Shown one piece after another: positions 60,164-64,000 of a stretch of DNA of 64,000 nt. Numbering within the stretch: the first letter of the stretch is position 1; each line of letters starts with the position of its first letter. Source of the DNA: Lysobacteraceae bacterium. GTDB taxonomy: Bacteria; Pseudomonadota; Gammaproteobacteria; Xanthomonadales; Xanthomonadaceae. The DNA lies in the NCBI GenBank assembly GCA_003241895.1, contig QBLY01000004.1, positions 102,210 to 166,209 of the forward strand, given 5' to 3'. The position numbers and the translations under genes are program-made. The notes under the pieces were generated by a model that was not told the DNA's origin, did no database searches, and saw only the letters and a list, made by a program, of their open reading frames with translations.

Positions 60164-61039
60164 ATGCAAAAACCCTCCCTCAGCTGCCTGGGCGCCTTCG
60201 CCATTGAACTCTCGCCCGGCGCCGACGTGGGCCAGGCCGTGCTGTCTCCAGAGGCGGCCGGGGCGCTGGCGGTGCTGGTGGCGCGCGATTTGGGCAAGCT
60301 CGTGCCCGAAGCGGCGGCGCTGGACCTGGGGCTGGTGGCGGCGCTTTTCGACCCGGTGGAGCTGCTGCGCCCGGGCTATCCGCTGCATGCCGAACTTGAA
60401 CGCCTGGTGGCGCGCGTTCCGGGCGCCGCCGGTGGCCGCGTGGTCGGCTTCGGCGCCGGGCCCGAAGGCCTGCCCGGCGCGCTCAAGCCGGCGCCGGCGC
60501 ACGCCCAGGGCCCGCTGCGCCTGCTGCCGCTGCTGGTGCGCGGCGACGCCGCCGCCATCGCGAAGGTCGGTGACCGCATGGAAGAGGTGCTGCTGGACAC
60601 CGGCATGGCCGGCGCCGATACGGCGCTGCTGGCGCAGGAAGGCTTCGCCACCCGGGTCGAGCACGCGCGCCTGCTCACCCTCAACGACCTTGCCGCGATG
60701 ATGGCCCTGCAGTACGAACACGCCGGGCTGGCACCGCTGTGGCCGCTGGTGGAGGCGGCGCTGCTGTCGCCCGGCCAGGAACAATGGCTCGATGCGCCGC
60801 CCGAGCCCCTGGCGCGCTACGCCACCGGCGAAGTGCGCCTGGCCATGCTCGACATCGACGCCTGGGCCGAAGGTGGCTTCGCCCCGGCCGGCCTGGATGC
60901 CGACCGCCTGCCGCGCGCGTTCGAGCATTTCCAGATCCGCCAGCGCCAGCTGGCCGCGGTGCTGGAAGCCCACGGCATCCCGGTGACGTTCGACCATTGC
61001 CCGGCGGGCGTCGATCCACGCAGCGTGCTGCGGGCCTGA
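60164..61039 (+). CDS. Hypothetical protein, about 291 aa
   Basis: Strong GC3-biased ORF filling the gap between the thiolase and patatin genes; start uncertain (60137/60158/60164). Confidence 0.7.
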   Translation: MQKPSLSCLGAFAIELSPGADVGQAVLSPEAAGALAVLVARDLGKLVPEAAALDLGLVAALFDPVELLRPGYPLHAELERLVARVPGAAGGRVVGFGAGPEGLPGALKPAPAHAQGPLRLLPLLVRGDAAAIAKVGDRMEEVLLDTGMAGADTALLAQEGFATRVEHARLLTLNDLAAMMALQYEHAGLAPLWPLVEAALLSPGQEQWLDAPPEPLARYATGEVRLAMLDIDAWAEGGFAPAGLDADRLPRAFEHFQIRQRQLAAVLEAHGIPVTFDHCPAGVDPRSVLRA

Positions 61040-61118
61040 ACCCCGTCCCGCGCGAGGCATCGCGCAGGTAGTGGCGGCGCCGCACATGGTCGACAATGCG
61101 GCATCCCTGGAGTCCGCC

Positions 61119-63356
61119 ATGCATCCCGCCGTTCGCCCGTTCGCCCCCTTGATCGCGGTGGCCCTGTCTTTGGTCCTGCCCATGCAGGCCGCGGCGCAAA
61201 CCGGCAACGAGTGCGGCGTGCGTGCCGCCGGCGACACCCGGCCGCGCATCGGCCTGGTGCTGGGCGGCGGCGGCGCCCGCGGCTTCGCCCACGTGAGCGT
61301 GCTCAAGGAGCTCGAACGCAAGCGCATCCCGGTGGACTGTATCGCCGGCACCAGCATGGGCGCCCTGGTCGGCGGCCTCTACGCCTCGGGCCTTTCGGCC
61401 ACTGACGTCGAACGTGAGATGCGCGCGCTGGACTGGCCGCGCTTGTTCAACGACCGCCTGGATCGCCCGCAGCGCACCTTCCGCCGCAAGCGCGACGACG
61501 ACCTGGCGCTGATCCCGGCCAAGCCCGGCATCGGCAGCGAAGGCCTGAAGATCGCACCCGGCGTGCTGTCGGGCGAACGCGCGCTGCTGCTGCTTGAACG
61601 GCTGACCCAACCGGTGGCGGTGCGCAGCAATTTCAACGACCTGCCAATCCCGTTCCGGGCCGTCGCCACCGACCTCAACACCGGGCAGGCCGTGGTGCTG
61701 GGCAGCGGCAACCTGGCGCTGGCGATGCGAGCCAGCCTGTCCATCCCCGGCATCCTGAAACCGGTGATCCTGGACGATCGCGTGCTGGTGGACGGCGGCC
61801 TGGCCAACCAGGTGCCGGTGGACGTGGTGCGGGCGATGGGCGCCGACGTCGTGATAGCGGTGGACGTGGGCACGCCGCTGGCGACGCTGGACGAAAGCGC
61901 CGGGCTGTTCGACATCATCGACCAGATCAGCAGCTTCATGACCGTGGGCAGCGCCCGCAGCCAGGTGGAGACGCTGGGACCGGACGATTTCCTGATCCTG
62001 CCGCCCTTGGGCAACCAGGTGTCCACCTCGGACTTCGACAAGCTCGACCTGGCGATGAAGATCGGCGAGCAGGGCATGGAAGCCATGGGACCGCGGCTGG
62101 CGGCGCTGGCGATCGCGCGCGGCGACTTCAAAGAGGTCGTTGCCGCGCGTCCCAAGCCGTCGGACACGGTCCCGGTGATTGATTTCGTGCGCCTGGACAA
62201 CCGCAGCCGCTACTCCGACGAGTACCTGCTTTCGCGCATCGACATCGCCCCGGGCCAGCCGCTGGACACCGAGGGGCTGCAGGAAAACCTGCAGCGTATC
62301 TATGGCTTCGACACGCTCGACCTGGTGACCTATCGGCTGGTGGAGGAAGACGGCAGCACCGGCGTGGTGGTGAGCGTGGTGCCCCACAGCTACGGTCCGA
62401 ACTATCTTGAAACCGGGCTGAGCCTGTATTCGGACTTCAACGGCGATTTCTTCGTGAACCTGCGCCTGGGCGTGCTGCGCGCACCGGTGAACCCGATCGG
62501 CGGCGAGCTGCGCGGCCTGCTGCAGATCGGCGACGAGCCGGGCCTGCTGCTGGACTACTACCAGCCGCTGGGCACCGACAGCGACTACTTCACCAACGCC
62601 TCGCTGAGCTACGAAAGCCCGAAGTTCCGCCTGTTCGACGACAACGGCCAGCGGCTGGCCAACTACCGCGCCCCCAGCTGGGGCGGCGAGCTGGTGCTGG
62701 GCCGTGAGTTCGGCAATTACGGCGCGGCCACGCTGGGCCTGCGCCGCCGCGCCGGCAGGGCGGCACTGGACGTTGGCGACCCGATCCTCGACGGCCTGAA
62801 GTACGACATCGGCGAGGCCGAGTTCGCACTCACCTTCGACCGCATCGACAACAGCTACATCCCGCGCGCCGGCACGCTGGCCACGCTGAGCCACGTGGTG
62901 TCGCGTCCGTCATTGGGCGCCGACGTCGGCTTCCAGCAGACCAACCTGGACGTGCTTCACGCGCAAGCCATCGGCAAGCACTCGGGATTCGCCGGCCTGC
63001 GCTACCACGCCTCCAGCGACGACCCGGTGCCGATCCAGAGCCTGTTCCTGATCGGCGGCCTGACCCGCTTCGCCGGCTACCGGCCCACCGAGCGCGCCGT
63101 GCCCAACTACGCCCTGGCCTACGGCGGCTACACCTACGAACTGGGCCGGGTGCTCAGCCGTTCGGCCGTGCTGGGCGGCACGCTGGAGTACGGGCGCATC
63201 TGGAACACTGGCCAGAACTTCGACGACGGCGAAGACGAACTGCACGCCAGCGTGTACTTCGGCTTCGACTCGTGGCTGGGCCCGCTGCAGTTGGGCTACG
63301 GACTGCGCGAGGGCGGCGAAGGTATCTTCCTGCTCGAGCTGGGCCGCAAGCGCTGA
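61119..63356 (+). CDS. Patatin-like phospholipase with POTRA and beta-barrel (PlpD / type Vd-like)
   Basis: GGGGARG, GTSMG, DGG motifs; signal peptide; C-terminal beta-strands (…GPLQLGYG…FLLELGRKR). Confidence 0.9.
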   Translation: MHPAVRPFAPLIAVALSLVLPMQAAAQTGNECGVRAAGDTRPRIGLVLGGGGARGFAHVSVLKELERKRIPVDCIAGTSMGALVGGLYASGLSATDVEREMRALDWPRLFNDRLDRPQRTFRRKRDDDLALIPAKPGIGSEGLKIAPGVLSGERALLLLERLTQPVAVRSNFNDLPIPFRAVATDLNTGQAVVLGSGNLALAMRASLSIPGILKPVILDDRVLVDGGLANQVPVDVVRAMGADVVIAVDVGTPLATLDESAGLFDIIDQISSFMTVGSARSQVETLGPDDFLILPPLGNQVSTSDFDKLDLAMKIGEQGMEAMGPRLAALAIARGDFKEVVAARPKPSDTVPVIDFVRLDNRSRYSDEYLLSRIDIAPGQPLDTEGLQENLQRIYGFDTLDLVTYRLVEEDGSTGVVVSVVPHSYGPNYLETGLSLYSDFNGDFFVNLRLGVLRAPVNPIGGELRGLLQIGDEPGLLLDYYQPLGTDSDYFTNASLSYESPKFRLFDDNGQRLANYRAPSWGGELVLGREFGNYGAATLGLRRRAGRAALDVGDPILDGLKYDIGEAEFALTFDRIDNSYIPRAGTLATLSHVVSRPSLGADVGFQQTNLDVLHAQAIGKHSGFAGLRYHASSDDPVPIQSLFLIGGLTRFAGYRPTERAVPNYALAYGGYTYELGRVLSRSAVLGGTLEYGRIWNTGQNFDDGEDELHASVYFGFDSWLGPLQLGYGLREGGEGIFLLELGRKR

Positions 63357-63363
63357 GCCTGCC

Positions 63364-64000
63364 TCAGGCGCCCGGGCCCCAGTAACCCAGCGCGCGCCGT
63401 ATCTGCAGGCCGCGCAGGAAGGCGCCGAACGGCCGTCGCCGCAGCGGCCCCAGCGCGCCGGCCAGCAGCGCGCCGGTCGCCGCCAGCACGCGCACGGACG
63501 ACTGCCCGTCGCGGTACGGATGGATCTGGTCGGCATACGCGGCGATGGCCGCCTGCAGCGCGGCATTGGGCGCGAAGGCGCGCGCCAGCATCGCAGGCAA
63601 CTTGGCCGGGTCGTCGAAATCGATCATGTGCGGCTTGGGCGCGCGGTTTCGGAAGGTCACCACCGGCTTTCGCTGCACCACGAACTCCGACACCACCGAC
63701 GTGGTGTCGGCCAGCAGCACGTCGGCGGCGCGCTGGGCGCTTACCAACTGCTCGGTCTCGAAGAACGCCGCGTTCGGGCCGGCCAGCGCGCGGTAGCGTT
63801 CGAACAGGGCCGGCGCGCACTTGGGATGCAGGGTGAGCAGCCAGTAGCGGTCGCCACGCGCCACTTCAGCGGCAATCACGTCAAACAGATGTGGCGCCGC
63901 GCTGAGCCGCTCGGTGAACGTGGACGCAAACATCACGATCGGCCGGCCCCGGGCCGGCGCGCGCAGCGACTGCGTGGCTGCGTCCTCATCGCCAAACAGC
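63364..64000 (-). CDS. CDP-glycerol glycerophosphotransferase (TagB/TagF-like GT-B) family protein, 5'-partial
   Basis: Frame open to the window edge; FASTF, LHPK, ADVLLADTTSVVSEF...KPVV, HPYRDGQSS.RVL. Confidence 0.7.
   Translation of the reverse strand, partial: LFGDEDAATQSLRAPARGRPIVMFASTFTERLSAAPHLFDVIAAEVARGDRYWLLTLHPKCAPALFERYRALAGPNAAFFETEQLVSAQRAADVLLADTTSVVSEFVVQRKPVVTFRNRAPKPHMIDFDDPAKLPAMLARAFAPNAALQAAIAAYADQIHPYRDGQSSVRVLAATGALLAGALGPLRRRPFGAFLRGLQIRRALGYWGPGA

Overview
High-GC bacterial chromosomal window. Gene content and protein sequences (OleABCD, Ax21-like barrel, hemD-hemX-hemY next to a YiiD-like thioesterase, trmL/gpsA/secB, ubiJB, tdk, truC, mutM) point to Xanthomonadaceae/Lysobacterales; this is inferred, not database-checked. 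About 50 genes and no tRNA, rRNA, CRISPR array, integrase or transposase were seen. (1) 1-9733: a tightly coupled, apparently uncharacterised redox operon, cut off by the left window edge. It encodes a GlcG/HbpS-type heme-binding protein, an outer-membrane beta-barrel, a 10-CxxCH cytochrome fused to LVIVD repeats, a second multiheme cytochrome (4 CxxCH plus one CX4CH), and a cytoplasmic FAD-oxidoreductase / 2x cNMP-binding / 4x[4Fe-4S] fusion. This is the best candidate for a novel system. (2) 14188-17575: an ECF sigma / Ser-Thr kinase pair of the phosphorylation-activated type, with a frameshifted sigma gene. (3) The olefin pathway is split: oleBCD (27346-30950) and oleA (45354-46370) are separated by about 14.4 kb of accessory genes. 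(4) Inside that insert, a mosaic segment (about 40130-45350) holds a solitary integron-type gene cassette with a 57-bp attC site and no integrase. It also holds a family of about 34-38 bp bulged hairpin repeats at gene-module borders, a PAP2/LytTR divergon with a 21-bp-spaced direct repeat, an orphan gene and a 5'-truncated Fic gene. The rest is mostly ordinary housekeeping. Start codons were chosen by eye and all product calls rest on recognised motifs only.
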